NCBI GenBank assembly: GCA_964521705.1
Contig: CAZFUD010000001.1
Location: forward strand, 1-54,742
DNA: 54,742 nucleotides
Direction: 5' to 3'
Source of the DNA: an uncultured Opitutaceae bacterium
Lineage (GTDB): Bacteria > Verrucomicrobiota > Verrucomicrobiia > Opitutales > Opitutaceae
Shown here: piece by piece, positions 37,969 to 47,906 of the stretch
How positions within the stretch are numbered: position 1 is the stretch's first letter
Layout of the letters: each line of letters starts with the position of its first letter
Program-made: the position numbers and the translations under genes
Notes under the pieces: generated by a model
Told to the model about the DNA's origin: nothing
Database searches by the model: none
The model's input: the letters and a program-made list of their open reading frames with translations, nothing else

Positions 37969-39555
37969 CTATGCGCTACCAATGTGGTGCAGGAAGGTAT
38001 ATATCAAGAATACCATTACAACGACGGTGAACCCTAGACCTTTGGCCCAGCTCCAAGCCCCTTCGGTTTCGGGCTTGAGGGCGACGTCTTCACGAGGCTT
38101 TTTTAGCGGATAGACCTTGCTCAGGATCAGCATGAGCGAGCAAATAATCGCGAAGATGATGGCCGCGACGTGAAGCCAATGCAGGTCAATGGAATTCGCG
38201 AATACGAAGTTCGCCAAAGCGAAAAGAATGATACCAGTAAACAGCGAAATTTTGGCAGCTCTTGTCGAAACGCTGGTCGTTAGCATACCCATGGCAATGA
38301 TCGCCAAGATCGGTACATTGGTAACTGCCGCCAGCATTTTCATTAAAGTAAACAAGCTTTCCGCTTTTCCGATAAACGGAGCTAAGGACATTGCCACCAG
38401 GGCCATGATGATCCCAAATCGCTTGCCTACCCGTACGGTTTCCTCGTCTGTCGCTTCGGGTTTGATCATTCCGCGGTAGATATCCAATCCGAAGAGCGTG
38501 GAGGAGCTATGGAGCACACTATTGAAGGAGCTCAAGATCGCCCCGAAAATTACCGCTCCGAAGAACCCGACCAAAGCTGGAGGTAGGACTTCGGCAACCA
38601 GGCTTGGGTAAGCCAGGTCTTGCTTCTCCAAGTCGGGGCCGAACATTTGCAGGGCTATGATGCCCGGCAGCACCAAATAGATAGGCCCTGCTAACTTGAG
38701 ACAGGCCGCAATTAAAATACCCTTCTGGCCTTCCTTTAGGGACTTGGCCCCAAAGGTCCGCTGAACGATCGACTGATTAGTACACCAGTAGTAGACATTG
38801 AGCAGCAGCATTCCCGTGAACAATGTGCTGAAGGGGATGTTATCGCCCTCTGCACCGAGCGGATCCAGTTGCTGGGGAATGTCCCGGACGATCGTTCCCC
38901 AACCCGCGAAGATATTACCATCGCCCAATGCGGCTAATCCGAGCACGGGAATCAACAACCCACCGATTAGCAAACCAAGTCCGTTTATCGAGTCGGAAAT
39001 GGCAACCGCCCTCAAACCGCCGAATACAGCATAGATCCCTCCAGAAATACCTATGACCCACACCATAATCCAGGTCGCCGCGGTATCGCTCACGCCCAGC
39101 AATTCCGGCACATCGAAAAGTGTGTTCATGCCGATCGCTCCCGAATAAAGCACGAATGGGAGCAGGTTGGTGACTAGCGAGAACATGAAAACAGCACCTA
39201 AAAACTGACGGGTCTGCTTGTCGAAACGCCGTTCCAAGAACTGCGGGACCGTAGCGATCTGTCCCTTCCAATATCTGGGGAAGCAGTAGAGAGCCATCAC
39301 CACCATGCCGACCGCTGCGATGACTTCCCAGGCGATTACTTGAGCGCCATGCGTATAAGCGTTTCCATTCAGTCCGATCAATTGCTCCGTCGAGAGGTTC
39401 GTCAGCATCAAGGAGCCGGCGATTACCCAACCGGTTAGCATGTTGCCTGCTAAGAAATAGCTCTTGCCGTGGGCGTGGTCGTCCTTGTGGGTCTTCAGGT
39501 AGGATACGACCGCTACGAGTCCTGTAAAAGCGATGAAGGAAATCAGGGAAAACAT
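37969..39555 (-). CDS. Solute:sodium symporter (YidK-like sugar transporter)
   Basis: YFLAG, GSLMLTNLSTEQLIGLNG, TVPQFLERRFD, GGLRAVAISD, YWCTNQSIVQR, LSSFNS; start moved to ATG 39555. Confidence 0.93.
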   Translation of the reverse strand: MFSLISFIAFTGLVAVVSYLKTHKDDHAHGKSYFLAGNMLTGWVIAGSLMLTNLSTEQLIGLNGNAYTHGAQVIAWEVIAAVGMVVMALYCFPRYWKGQIATVPQFLERRFDKQTRQFLGAVFMFSLVTNLLPFVLYSGAIGMNTLFDVPELLGVSDTAATWIMVWVIGISGGIYAVFGGLRAVAISDSINGLGLLIGGLLIPVLGLAALGDGNIFAGWGTIVRDIPQQLDPLGAEGDNIPFSTLFTGMLLLNVYYWCTNQSIVQRTFGAKSLKEGQKGILIAACLKLAGPIYLVLPGIIALQMFGPDLEKQDLAYPSLVAEVLPPALVGFFGAVIFGAILSSFNSVLHSSSTLFGLDIYRGMIKPEATDEETVRVGKRFGIIMALVAMSLAPFIGKAESLFTLMKMLAAVTNVPILAIIAMGMLTTSVSTRAAKISLFTGIILFALANFVFANSIDLHWLHVAAIIFAIICSLMLILSKVYPLKKPREDVALKPETEGAWSWAKGLGFTVVVMVFLIYTFLHHIGSA

Positions 39556-39643
39556 AATGGGAAGGGGATGACTGAGGGACCGGTCTAGGCCGCACCCCAA
39601 AAACGGCCCAGCTTAGCCTGTTCGGCAAGGATTTAATTCAAGC

Positions 39644-39721
39644 CGTAGGGGCTCCGCTTGCGGCGACCGCAGAGGAAATCAGGGCCATGGCAACACGGTC
39701 GCCGCGAGCGGCGCCCCTACG
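39644..39721. repeat. REP-like inverted doublet (family C) between galM and SSS gene
   Basis: CGTAGGGGCTCCGCTTGCGGCGACCG ... CGGTCGCCGCGAGCGGCGCCCCTACG. Confidence 0.78.
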
Positions 39722-39752
39722 AATTTCGGTTTCTCGGAAATTCTCCGGCTCC

Positions 39753-40886
39753 CTAACGCACGCTGAAACGGTAGGCCGTCTTCGTGTCGTAGATCTCGCC
39801 GGGCTTTAATGTTGTCGAGGGGAAGTTCGGATGATTGGGCGAATCAGGATAATGCTGGGTTTCTAGACAGAATCCAGACCGGTATTCGTAGGGAACTCCG
39901 CTTTTGCCAACAATCGAGCCATCGAGGAAGTTGCCGCTATAATATTGGATGCCCGGTTCCTCCGTCCATACTTCCATGTATCTCCCACTGGAAGGCTCAT
40001 AGACGCTGGCTGCCAACTCCATCTCCTCGCCCTGGCGATTGAGCACCCAATTGTGATCATATCCGCCCCCAAGGCTGATTTGCGGATGGTCATCGTTAAT
40101 GCGATCCCCGGGCTTGTTCGGCTTTGTGAAATCAAACGGGGTTCCCTTAACTGACAGCAGTTCTCCCGTCGGTACCATTTGGGCGGTGATAGGCGTAATG
40201 CGGTCGGCGTTTATCATCAGTTCATGATCCAGCGGCGTGCCCACGCCCTCCCCATTCAAGTTAAAGTAGGAGTGGTGGGTCAAATTAATGACAGTCGTCT
40301 TGTCAGTCGTCGCCCGATAGGCCACCTCCAACGCATTCTCATTCGTTAAACGATAAACAACGCGTATGCGAATGTTGCCAGGGTATCCCTCGGCACCATC
40401 TGGATGAATGTAATTCAGCACCAAAAGGGCGCTATTCTTATTCACAATCGGCCGAGCGCTCCACAACACCTTGTCCAATCCTTTGTCGCCACCATGGAGA
40501 TGAACCGGAGCCCCTCCCGCCTCGCTATTCGTGGTGACCTGATACTGGTTTCCATCTAATTCGAATTTTCCGTCCTTTATGCGGTTCCCGTAAACGCCCA
40601 CGACACAACCAAAGTACGGCGAAACATCCAAATAGCTTTCGAGATTATCATAGCCTAGGACAACGTCCTCAAACCGCCCAAGACGGTCAGGTACGAGCAA
40701 ACGGGTGACAATGCCACCATAATTGGTGATGTCCGCGGTCATCCCATTGGCGTTCTTGAGCGTGTAAAGATGTACCGCCTCCCCGTCTGGGAGCTCTCCA
40801 AATCGCTTCATACTCACCGAACATTCGTCAGCGAATAGGTCGGATAGAAACATTAATGAGAGGAGAAAAGCGGCTATCTTTGTCAT
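39753..40886 (-). CDS. galM: Aldose 1-epimerase (galactose mutarotase), with signal peptide
   Basis: YGNRI, LHGG, GYPG, NLTHHSYFNL, GYDHNW, QYYSGNFL, CLETQHYPDSPN. Confidence 0.96.
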   Translation of the reverse strand: MTKIAAFLLSLMFLSDLFADECSVSMKRFGELPDGEAVHLYTLKNANGMTADITNYGGIVTRLLVPDRLGRFEDVVLGYDNLESYLDVSPYFGCVVGVYGNRIKDGKFELDGNQYQVTTNSEAGGAPVHLHGGDKGLDKVLWSARPIVNKNSALLVLNYIHPDGAEGYPGNIRIRVVYRLTNENALEVAYRATTDKTTVINLTHHSYFNLNGEGVGTPLDHELMINADRITPITAQMVPTGELLSVKGTPFDFTKPNKPGDRINDDHPQISLGGGYDHNWVLNRQGEEMELAASVYEPSSGRYMEVWTEEPGIQYYSGNFLDGSIVGKSGVPYEYRSGFCLETQHYPDSPNHPNFPSTTLKPGEIYDTKTAYRFSVR

Positions 40887-41179
40887 TTTCTAAGCGATTG
40901 TAGCCAGTCTGAGAGGCTTATACCCATTCGGCTACAAGTTTTTTCAGAAAATCTATTTTATTTTCAATGAAAAAGAATTTTCTATAACCTATTAATGAAC
41001 AATTGCTTAGAATCCTAATTCTTTTCCCCCAGAGCGGAAATTCCCTAAAATTACAACCCTGTAATCCAGCCGACCCCTTTCTGTAATTCTGTTGTGGTTT
41101 ACTCAGTACAAGCAAAACGAAGAACACCTTCTTCGATCCCTTGAAAACCAAAAATTAAATAACTGGAGAAATCACAAAA

Positions 41180-41632
41180 ATGAATACCAAGAAAATTATC
41201 ACCGCATTAGCCGCAGTCACTATCATCGCCTCTTCCGCTTTCGCCGGAGCCGGTCACAAAGAAGGAAAGTACAGCCTCCGTAATCCGGAGAACGTCGTCG
41301 CCTTGATGATAAGCAACCACGACTTGAATCAGGACGGACGCTTGAACTCGACCGAGCTCGCCAAATCCATCGAGTCGCTCTACGAACTCCGCAACGACGC
41401 CATCAGCAATCGGCGCGAAGCGCTGGTCGCCAACGGAATCATCTCGCCGGTTGAAGCGCAAAACGGATTTGTCACGCTTTCGTTCCTGCCCGAAGACGGA
41501 GCAGCCATTCTAATGAACCAGACGGATGCCAATCAGGACAATGTCCTGGAAATCACAGAGCTTTTGAACTCACGCGAAGTTTGGCGGGAACTGAACTTGG
41601 GAACTCGTTCCTACTTCAGCCGCTGTTCATAA
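41180..41632 (+). CDS. Secreted EF-hand protein
   Basis: Signal peptide ending SAFA; loops DLNQDGRLNSTE and DANQDNVLEITE; GGAG RBS. Confidence 0.8.
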   Translation: MNTKKIITALAAVTIIASSAFAGAGHKEGKYSLRNPENVVALMISNHDLNQDGRLNSTELAKSIESLYELRNDAISNRREALVANGIISPVEAQNGFVTLSFLPEDGAAILMNQTDANQDNVLEITELLNSREVWRELNLGTRSYFSRCS

Positions 41633-41693
41633 AGGAACTTTAGAAAGGAGTGGGCGTTTGGGGGAATGTCCACTCCAAAGGGAAAAGGGAACC

Positions 41694-41732
41694 AAGGCCG
41701 GGAGCGACTATCACTTCCGGCCTTCTTCTTTG
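41694..41732 (+). terminator. Probable intrinsic terminator between convergent genes
   Basis: AAGGCCGGGAG...CTTCCGGCCTT followed by CTTCTTT. Confidence 0.6.
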
Positions 41733-41746
41733 CCTAACCAGGACGA

Positions 41747-42337
41747 CTACTTCCGCTTTTCTGCAAACAAGCGCCAGCGTTCTTCATCGACGCCGCAATC
41801 TTGCATAGCCTGGCGGGATAGCTTGAAGAGCAGATCGGAAAGCCGATTTACGAACACGAGAATGGATGAGTCGACCGGATCGATACGGTTCAAAGTTACC
41901 AGTCGCCTTTCTGCTCGACGAACCTGAGTTCGGCAAATATGGCACAAAGCCGAAATTTCTCCCCCTCCCGGAAGCAGGAAATACTCGGTCTCGGATGCCA
42001 AGGTTTCTTCGATAGAATCCATCCAGGTTTCCATCCATTCAGTTGATCCCTCCGGCAGGGGCACCCTCGGCTTCGGCTCGTGTCCAGATGGCGTCGCCAC
42101 GTGCGACATCAGATTCATCATTTCCGTCTGAATGCGCTGCAAACCGGTTTCCCATTGGTGGTCGGCCTCGAGTTTCGAACGCAGCAGCCCCAAAGAGCTG
42201 TTGGCTTCGTCCAATTCGCCGAGGCACTCGACACGCGAATCGTCTTTCGCCAATCGCTCGCCGCCTACAATCGAAGTCGTTCCTCCATCCCCTTCCTTAG
42301 TCGTAATCTTGCCTTTCATACCTCTTATCTCATCCAA
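41747..42337 (-). CDS. pduO: ATP:cob(I)alamin adenosyltransferase, PduO type
   Basis: ITTKEGDGGTT, GELDEANS, FLLPGG, RTQVRRAER, NRLSDLLF. Confidence 0.95.
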   Translation of the reverse strand: MDEIRGMKGKITTKEGDGGTTSIVGGERLAKDDSRVECLGELDEANSSLGLLRSKLEADHQWETGLQRIQTEMMNLMSHVATPSGHEPKPRVPLPEGSTEWMETWMDSIEETLASETEYFLLPGGGEISALCHICRTQVRRAERRLVTLNRIDPVDSSILVFVNRLSDLLFKLSRQAMQDCGVDEERWRLFAEKRK

Positions 42338-42353
42338 ACAAGTCCAATAACGA

Positions 42354-43400
42354 TTAGTCGTATTTCGCTCGATGTCCAGACACTGCCAGATCCATACGGC
42401 CTATCCATTCAAGCAGGTCCCCTAAATTGGTAAAAGTCTTCGATGGATCCCCAATGATCGCTTGGTATGTTGGACCGCCATTCGCATCAGAGCCCACCGA
42501 AACTTCGAGCGCTACTTCATCATCGTCTCTTATTCCAAATCCAACTCGCTCCAGGGCCCGTCGAGCCCAATAACAGGCCTCACCATCCCCGCTAACTCTA
42601 GCGAATCTGTCGGGGGTTTTGCGGACTCGAAAACTGCCTGACTCCGCATCCCAGCCAAAGGATTCACCTTGAAACAATCTAGCGACGCTACCTTGCAAAA
42701 CCAGATCTTCAGGCACCCCAGTCGTGAGCGTCCTTTCGAGATCCATTAGCCACAGCTTATCAGAGAAACTTAATGAAAGTTCGAGATCATGCGATGACGC
42801 CATCACCGCCAATCCTTGGGAATAAGCCAACTCCCGCAACACATTGACGATTTCCACGCGTCTCGGTAAATCGACAAAAGCCGTCGGTTCATCCAGCAGA
42901 AGAACATCCGCTTCCTGAGCCAAGGCCCTAGCGATTAGCGCCTTTTGTCTCTCTCCATCGCTAATCTCCCCAAAACGTCGATTCGCCAAATCCTGTATGC
43001 CCATGGTTTCAATCGCCCAGTCGATCCTTTCCTTATCATCCTTAGCCAATCCTCCCATTAATCCCGTATAGGGATGCCTCCCTAAAGCAATGAGGCCGTA
43101 TACGGATAGCATGGCTCCCGGTAGTGAATCTGTTAGTACAACACTTATTCGACGAGCCCGCTCTCTAGGCGTCAAGTCTGACAAGGGCTCCCCTTTTAAG
43201 AAAACTCTTCCCCCCAATGGCTCGTCGATACCCGCGAGCGTCCGAATCAATGTGGACTTACCCACACCATTCGGACCCAAGAGACTCACAAACTCTCCGG
43301 GCTTTAGCGAAACTGACAGATTCTCAGCTACCTTTTGCCCAATCTCTTTGTATCCGATAACCAATGTCTCGGAATCTAGCACTGTATCATGGTGACTCAT
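42354..43400 (-). CDS. btuD: Cobalamin/Fe-siderophore ABC transporter ATPase
   Basis: GPNGVGKST, ISDGERQK, LLDEPT, SSHDL; operon context. Confidence 0.88.
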   Translation of the reverse strand: MSHHDTVLDSETLVIGYKEIGQKVAENLSVSLKPGEFVSLLGPNGVGKSTLIRTLAGIDEPLGGRVFLKGEPLSDLTPRERARRISVVLTDSLPGAMLSVYGLIALGRHPYTGLMGGLAKDDKERIDWAIETMGIQDLANRRFGEISDGERQKALIARALAQEADVLLLDEPTAFVDLPRRVEIVNVLRELAYSQGLAVMASSHDLELSLSFSDKLWLMDLERTLTTGVPEDLVLQGSVARLFQGESFGWDAESGSFRVRKTPDRFARVSGDGEACYWARRALERVGFGIRDDDEVALEVSVGSDANGGPTYQAIIGDPSKTFTNLGDLLEWIGRMDLAVSGHRAKYD

Positions 43401-44440
43401 CCGCCAAACAGCCTCTGGTAGCTCTTCTGTTTTAACAAAGCGGCAATGATCACCGGAACCCCAATGAGGGCAGTGACCGAATTCAATGGTAGCGTCCCTT
43501 CCAAACCGGGCGCTCTAGCTAGAATATCTGAAGTCAATCCGACTAAAGCGCCCATGAGGATGGACGCAGGGACGAGAGCGCGATGTTCCGATGTCTTAAA
43601 AAGGTAGCGACAAAGGTGGGGGGCAGCGATCCCGATGAATCCGATGGGTCCGCAAAACCCAGTTACTACACCAGCTAGGAGTGACGCGCACCCCAGGATC
43701 GCCAATCGCGAACCCTCCACGCCGACCCCTAGAGACTTGGCATAGCGCTCGCCCAACAGAAATGCGTCTAGCCGCTTCACGAGCAAGATCGCCCCAATCA
43801 ATCCTAATATGGCTATTGGAATGAAGAGACCTAGTTGGCCCAGGGTCACCGTTCCAAAATTCCCAAAAGACCAGTTGAAGAAGACCTGCAGGCGATCCGC
43901 CATGCTGTAATAGATCAAGATGCTGACGATCGAGCTAACCCCATAGCTGATCATAAGCCCAAGTATCAGCAAAGACATAACGTCCACTCGTCTGGACAGA
44001 ATCAATATGAGACCTAGCGATGCGCCTGCCCCTATGGTAGCCGCTACCACAACCAGCAAGCTGCCGGTCAAAGGAGTTTGGCTCGCTAGCACAATTCCCC
44101 CAGGCCCGAGGACCAGCAAGGCTACAGCAACGCCTAAACTAGCCCCGCTATTGACGCCTAGAACGAACGGGTCCGCCAAGGGATTTCGAAACACGGTTTG
44201 CATCATCAAGCCAGCGGCCGCCAATGACGCTCCAGCAAACGCGGCTGTGACTGTGCGAGGCAATCGAAACTCCAAAACGATAGCTGAGTGCAGCGTACTG
44301 GCATCGTCAGATCCAATTAGGCTTTTTATTACCTCAAACAGTGGAATGTTGACCGATCCTAAGCAAATTCCTGCCATGAATGCCACAGCCCCTAAAACAA
44401 TGAGACAGAAGAATGAGAAAACAATTCTGCTTCTATCCAT
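43397..44440 (-). CDS. btuC: FecCD-family ABC permease (cobalamin)
   Basis: RLPR, MQTVFRNPLADP..LG, GPIGFIGIAAPH; operon context. Confidence 0.9.
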   Translation of the reverse strand: MDRSRIVFSFFCLIVLGAVAFMAGICLGSVNIPLFEVIKSLIGSDDASTLHSAIVLEFRLPRTVTAAFAGASLAAAGLMMQTVFRNPLADPFVLGVNSGASLGVAVALLVLGPGGIVLASQTPLTGSLLVVVAATIGAGASLGLILILSRRVDVMSLLILGLMISYGVSSIVSILIYYSMADRLQVFFNWSFGNFGTVTLGQLGLFIPIAILGLIGAILLVKRLDAFLLGERYAKSLGVGVEGSRLAILGCASLLAGVVTGFCGPIGFIGIAAPHLCRYLFKTSEHRALVPASILMGALVGLTSDILARAPGLEGTLPLNSVTALIGVPVIIAALLKQKSYQRLFGG

Positions 44441-44454
44441 ATTCTTGCTACGCG

Positions 44455-45585
44455 TTATCTATCGCTGAGCAGCCGTTCATAGTAAACAAGCTCACGTTGG
44501 CCGATAAGTTCTGGATGGAAAATAGCTATCAGGTCGGCTAGGGTTTCATCCGGGCGCAAAACACCGCGTTCCCAAACTTCGTTGCCGCCACCGGGCCCGA
44601 TACGCTTTGAGTTATTGTACACTTTTCCGTTCTTGAAGGCCCTGAATTCAACAAACCTGCGGTCCATCGATTCCAATTCCGCTAAGGACCTGGCCTGGCC
44701 CGGATGTATCCAGAAATCGGCATCTACGGCTTGAAAAAAGACCTTTTCCAAATCGACAGGCACTCCTCCAGAAGAATCGATTGACTGAAACAGGTACCGG
44801 CCACCTGCATCGTCTATCGCCTGGGCCGTGAAGCTCTTTCCTCCAGGAACGTGCCAAGCGCCCGCGAATGGAGCATTAGCTAGGACCGTCGGACGGTGCT
44901 CAATCGATTCCGTCAAGGCGGAAAGCTTCTCGTATCGATCCGCAATTTCATCGAAAAGGGCCTTTGCCATGGCGTCTTTTCCAAAGAAGGCCGCTGTAAA
45001 TTTCAACCACTCAGCTCTTCCCAAAGGATGCTTCTCCATATAGCCCGCCGTGACCGCGACGGATTGCCCAGTTCGCTCCAATAGAGGGTGAGCATCGTGT
45101 TGAGGATCGCCCACCGCGCTGGCGAGAATAAGATCGGGCTGCAATGACAAGGTGACCTCGATATCTATCGAACCTTCCCCTGGTATCGACTTAGTGTACC
45201 CATTTTTTAACTGCTGTAACGTCTTACGGTCGCTAGCGTATTTAGCATGAGCGACTCCTATCAACTCTTGATACAAGTCCAAAGCTTCCGCATGGGCCAG
45301 ATAGACCGTTCCCAAAATCGCCAGTCGCTTGACGGGCGTCCTGATGACACGGGTGTTGGGGCCCAGCTCAGGAAGTTCCGCCCCTCTTAGCGCGAGCGCG
45401 TACTGGAATAGCGTGTCACCGGATCCCCTCCAAGGATTTCGGACCGTAACTATCCGGTAGCTTTCGAATTCCTCTATGGAAAAATTCTCCGCGTACCGTA
45501 GGTCCACTGCTTCGCCCCGCACTCGGATGAGTGCAAAGAAAGCGACCAAGATTAATCGTATTAATCCTTTGGATATATATTTCAA
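44455..45585 (-). CDS. btuF: Cobalamin ABC substrate-binding protein
   Basis: RYAENF, TPVKR, EKHPLGRAEWLKF, WERGVLRPD.LADL; start moved to TTG 45585 after GAGGG. Confidence 0.88.
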   Translation of the reverse strand: MKYISKGLIRLILVAFFALIRVRGEAVDLRYAENFSIEEFESYRIVTVRNPWRGSGDTLFQYALALRGAELPELGPNTRVIRTPVKRLAILGTVYLAHAEALDLYQELIGVAHAKYASDRKTLQQLKNGYTKSIPGEGSIDIEVTLSLQPDLILASAVGDPQHDAHPLLERTGQSVAVTAGYMEKHPLGRAEWLKFTAAFFGKDAMAKALFDEIADRYEKLSALTESIEHRPTVLANAPFAGAWHVPGGKSFTAQAIDDAGGRYLFQSIDSSGGVPVDLEKVFFQAVDADFWIHPGQARSLAELESMDRRFVEFRAFKNGKVYNNSKRIGPGGGNEVWERGVLRPDETLADLIAIFHPELIGQRELVYYERLLSDR

Positions 45586-45616
45586 AACAGGTTGATCCCT
45601 CTTGATTGCGGCTTTT

Positions 45617-47470
45617 CTAGAAGCCCCACTCCACCCCCCCAAATGCTGCCAATCCTCGGGCCTTGATCCTCCCGCTGAAGCTCGATTCGCTAGCGGTATA
45701 GTCTTCGTCCAACGCGTTCTCCACACGCAAAGTCCAAGCCATGGCCTCATTGATCTGATACCGGGAGGCGATTCTCAATAACAGATAGTTGTCCATGTCC
45801 AGACCCCCGAAAGTTTCTCTATCCAGTACGTAGTTCAACCCAATGTTCATGGAAATCCGCTGCCCAAACTGAATAGCGTTAGAAAAACTAAATTGATGCC
45901 GGGGAATAGCTGGCTGTCGAGTCGTAGAACCGAAAGCAAGATTCGTGGAATTCGACTCTGTCCACGTATATGCGAAGGTCGCCGTCCAATCTTCCCGGAC
46001 ATCTAGATCCACGTAGGTTTCGACTCCGTAATTCTCGGCTATGTCTCTATTTTCATACGTACCTTCGAATCCTTCGGTAGGCGTCCAAACGATTAGATTC
46101 TCGATGTCGTTCTTAAAGTAGGTGACGCCCACTCGATAGTTTCCTCGGTCCGAATAAGCGTCTAGACCGATTTCCCAGCCTTCGCTTTCTTCGGGCTTCA
46201 GGTTAGGATTTCCTAATGCGAAACTTGAAGTCGAAAAAAGACGGAAGAAATTCGGGGCTCTAAAAGCCGTGCCAAATGCTGCCCGAGCAGCGAAACGGTC
46301 GTTCAGGCGCCACAAGCCGTTAGCCCTCCAAGTTGTTTTCGATCCCGAGAACTCGTAGTCATCATGGCGGCCACCTAGCACGAGTTCAATGGCCTCGCCG
46401 GAAGCCATTTCCGCCTGGGCGAAAATGGCGTGGCTATCCCCTTCGCTCTCAGGGAAGGAATTGTCGTTCCCTTCCTGCCGCTCCCATGAAACTCCTGAAA
46501 CAATGCGAACTGAATCCGAAGCTTCATAAGCATTCTGCCAATCAAAGGCCAAGTTTCCGGCGTCTCCTATATAGAGAAATCCTGTCTGTCGGTAGTATTC
46601 ATCAAGCAACGACAATGTTGCTTTTTGACTCCATCGATCGCCCTCGGTTTCCAAGCACGCGCTTAGAGTGAATGTATCGCTCTGAATTCGGTCAGACGGT
46701 GGAGGCGTTAGGTCCCCGCCTGGATTGCTATAGTCGGTAAACTCGCCTCGAGAAGCGATCCCAACGGTCGTTGTATCTGACAGAGCGTAGTCGAGTCGAA
46801 ACGAGTAGCTCTTCATTTTACCCTCATTATCCGCTCCCTCGTTATCGCTCTCCTGGTTTGCAATGTGAAACGAATAGTCTAGATCTCCAGACTCGCCCTG
46901 GCCCTGAACCGCTAGCAGTTGACTGTTGTACGATCCCGCTTCCGCAGTGACTCGATATGTCGGATCCCCTCGTCCACGACGCGTTTCCAATCGTATGACA
47001 CCCCCTATCGCGCTGGATCCATATAAGGTGCTTTGAGGACCGCGGACAATCTCTACGCGATCCAGATTGAATCCACTGGCTCCAGCCATGAAACGCCCAG
47101 CCGAAAAGATCGCGGAATTGGTCTTTACTCCGTCTACCATGCCCAAAACCCGCGTTCCCGAGTTTCCGCGAATGGTAATGTCCACGGTCGAGGCAAGGGC
47201 TTCATCGCTCGGAGCGAAAACGCCTCCAACATCCATGAAGCTTGTACGCAAGTCACGTATCATGCGTTCCTCCAATTCAGTTCCTCTGAGGACGTCCGCG
47301 CTGATACCCAGCGATTTCAGGGAGCGCTCGGTGCGAGTAGCTCCGATTATAAGCGGTTCGAGCTCGTAGCTCTCCTCCGCACTGGAGCCCGGATTAATCA
47401 AGCCTAGCGAAATCACGCAAACGCTTAAGCGACTGGCGATTATGATCTGCTTTTTTGGTTGGATTGTCAT
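45617..47470 (-). CDS. btuB: TonB-dependent receptor, cobalamin
   Basis: Plug motifs ATRTE, IRG, RVEIVRGPQSTLYGSSAIGGVI; NPNLKPE; C-terminal F; preceded by Cbl riboswitch. Confidence 0.9.
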   Translation of the reverse strand: MTIQPKKQIIIASRLSVCVISLGLINPGSSAEESYELEPLIIGATRTERSLKSLGISADVLRGTELEERMIRDLRTSFMDVGGVFAPSDEALASTVDITIRGNSGTRVLGMVDGVKTNSAIFSAGRFMAGASGFNLDRVEIVRGPQSTLYGSSAIGGVIRLETRRGRGDPTYRVTAEAGSYNSQLLAVQGQGESGDLDYSFHIANQESDNEGADNEGKMKSYSFRLDYALSDTTTVGIASRGEFTDYSNPGGDLTPPPSDRIQSDTFTLSACLETEGDRWSQKATLSLLDEYYRQTGFLYIGDAGNLAFDWQNAYEASDSVRIVSGVSWERQEGNDNSFPESEGDSHAIFAQAEMASGEAIELVLGGRHDDYEFSGSKTTWRANGLWRLNDRFAARAAFGTAFRAPNFFRLFSTSSFALGNPNLKPEESEGWEIGLDAYSDRGNYRVGVTYFKNDIENLIVWTPTEGFEGTYENRDIAENYGVETYVDLDVREDWTATFAYTWTESNSTNLAFGSTTRQPAIPRHQFSFSNAIQFGQRISMNIGLNYVLDRETFGGLDMDNYLLLRIASRYQINEAMAWTLRVENALDEDYTASESSFSGRIKARGLAAFGGVEWGF

Positions 47471-47677
47471 TGTTTATCTAATTAAGAAACGCAACGCGAA
47501 AAACTGAATACAAACAATGCTACCCAGAAAGGACCGCCCCGCGCTTACCACTACGGGCCGTTCATTCTACGCTAGTGAGACTATATAACGATTTCACTAG
47601 CGAGACAGCTGTTTATACCGCTCGTTTACGCGACAAGCTTTTGACTCCAATCATTCAACTGGAAGTCAGGTATTTTA

Positions 47678-47775
47678 TCCGCAGACAGCATTAGGACTTA
47701 GAGCCAAACTAGTGGGCTCCATACCTCAGCGCGACTGTCGCCGATTCTCACGGCGTTTCCTGAATCTGCGGACCT
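47678..47775 (-). ncRNA. Cobalamin riboswitch (short form)
   Basis: Minus strand GGTCCGCAGATTCAGGAAACGCCGTGAGAATCGGCGACAGTCGCGCTGAGGTA...AAGTCCTAATGCTGTCTGCGGA: T-loop hairpin CGCCG-TGAGAAT-CGGCG, B12-box-like AAGTC, closing stem TCCGCAGA/TCTGCGGA; upstream of btuB. Confidence 0.8.
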
Positions 47776-47906
47776 AAAACGGGAAAGAACGGGACTATCT
47801 CGAAACGGGTTCGGGACAACTGACAGGGACCATGCCCAAGGAAACCTGCATACAGCAAGCCAATTCTCAGACTACGACAATCCAGAGAAGTAGCTCGACG
47901 ATAGAC

